The translations under genes were made by a program, and so were the position numbers. A stretch of 33,367 bases of DNA from an uncultured bacterium (lineage in GTDB: Bacteria; Actinomycetota; UBA4738; HRBIN12), in contig CBHFMJ010000002.1 of the NCBI GenBank assembly GCA_965994715.1, positions 1 to 33,367 on the forward strand. The letters are read 5' to 3'. Below, piece after piece: positions 33,114 to 33,367 of this stretch (the first letter of the stretch is position 1; the number at the start of each line of letters is the position of its first letter). The notes under the pieces are model-generated. The model was not told the DNA's origin and did no database searches. It saw only the letters and a list, made by a program, of their open reading frames with translations.

Positions 33114-33119
33114 AGGCTA
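33114..33119 (-). promoter_or_regulatory. -10-like hexamer TAGCCT, 6 nt upstream of kinase GTG 33107 (leaderless architecture)
   Basis: The minus strand reads ccGTAGCCTgaacggGTG. Confidence 0.4.
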
Positions 33120-33129
33120 CGGGAGACAC

Positions 33130-33147
33130 CCCTAAGCAGACCCTAAG
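33130..33147. repeat. Direct repeat CCCTAAG-caga-CCCTAAG (11-nt period) in the kinase promoter region
   Basis: Exact 7-mers at 33130-33136 and 33141-33147. The nearer copy ends 10 nt upstream of the putative -10 on the minus strand. Confidence 0.55.
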
Positions 33148-33178
33148 GTCCTCACCCACCCGACGCGAGAGCCCCCCA

Positions 33179-33367
33179 CTACTCCCACTCGATGGTGCCG
33201 GGTGGCTTCGAGGTGACGTCGTACGCAACCCTGTTCACCCCTGGGACCTCTCGGACGATCCGCGAGGCGATCCGGTCGAGCACGTCGTACGGCAACCGGG
33301 CCCAGTCCGCCGTCATCGCGTCCTCGGACGTCACGACGCGCACGATCACGGGGCTCTCATAGGTCCG
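33179..33367 (-). CDS. guaA: GMP synthase (glutamine-hydrolysing), C-terminal 62 codons; 5' end outside the window
   Basis: My translation: ...[61 protein letters not shown]. The ...V.YD.TSKPP.TIEWE end is characteristic of GuaA. Confidence 0.85.
   Translation of the reverse strand, partial: RTYESPVIVRVVTSEDAMTADWARLPYDVLDRIASRIVREVPGVNRVAYDVTSKPPGTIEWE

Noticed and set aside
1-33367. Search for CRISPR arrays, IS/transposon ends, integrases, tRNA/rRNA genes, toxin-antitoxin pairs and known defence-system genes.
   Set aside because: I found no spaced identical repeats of CRISPR type, no terminal inverted repeats flanking transposase-like ORFs, no cloverleaf-like tRNA sequence and no nuclease, ATPase or methylase gene sets. 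Base composition is uniform, with no AT-rich island suggesting horizontal acquisition.

Overview
This is a very GC-rich window, about 70% by eye. Gene content and order look like the conserved chromosomal core of an Actinomycetota-type genome: guaA / Ser-Thr kinase / class E sortase / pcrA ... sucCD / PerM-like / purNH ... folD / mdh / sdhCDAB ... birA / accA. It is densely packed with housekeeping metabolism. TCA cycle genes are sdhCDAB, two isocitrate-dehydrogenase-family paralogs, mdh, citrate synthase and sucCD. Propionate/methylmalonyl-CoA genes are a biotin carboxylase-BCCP subunit, birA, and a split methylmalonyl-CoA mutase whose two subunits lie 19 kb apart. Folate/purine genes are purN-purH-folD-metF. 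Also present are pcrA, a sortase, a Hanks kinase and the 3' end of guaA. I saw no rRNA, tRNA, CRISPR array, transposase, integrase, phage genes or recognisable defence system. The less ordinary parts are these: (i) a block of four uncharacterised zinc-finger/membrane genes between purN and sucD; (ii) a tightly coupled operon of alpha/beta-hydrolase-cyclase fusion, SDR, 66-aa membrane peptide and dimethylformamidase-large-subunit-like protein; (iii) an unannotated leaderless 55-aa ORF ending in CCGHHGEPGC; (iv) two IDH paralogs with reciprocal motif deviations; (v) a shared GTGGCGCCA(C) element at the starts of the carboxylase and mutase genes; (vi) a pervasive TANNNT + 6-8 nt + start codon (leaderless) architecture and six GTGA stop/start overlaps. 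All product calls rest on motifs I recognise in the translations. No database search was possible. Most long ORFs in the supplied track are antisense or out-of-frame artefacts of the high GC content.
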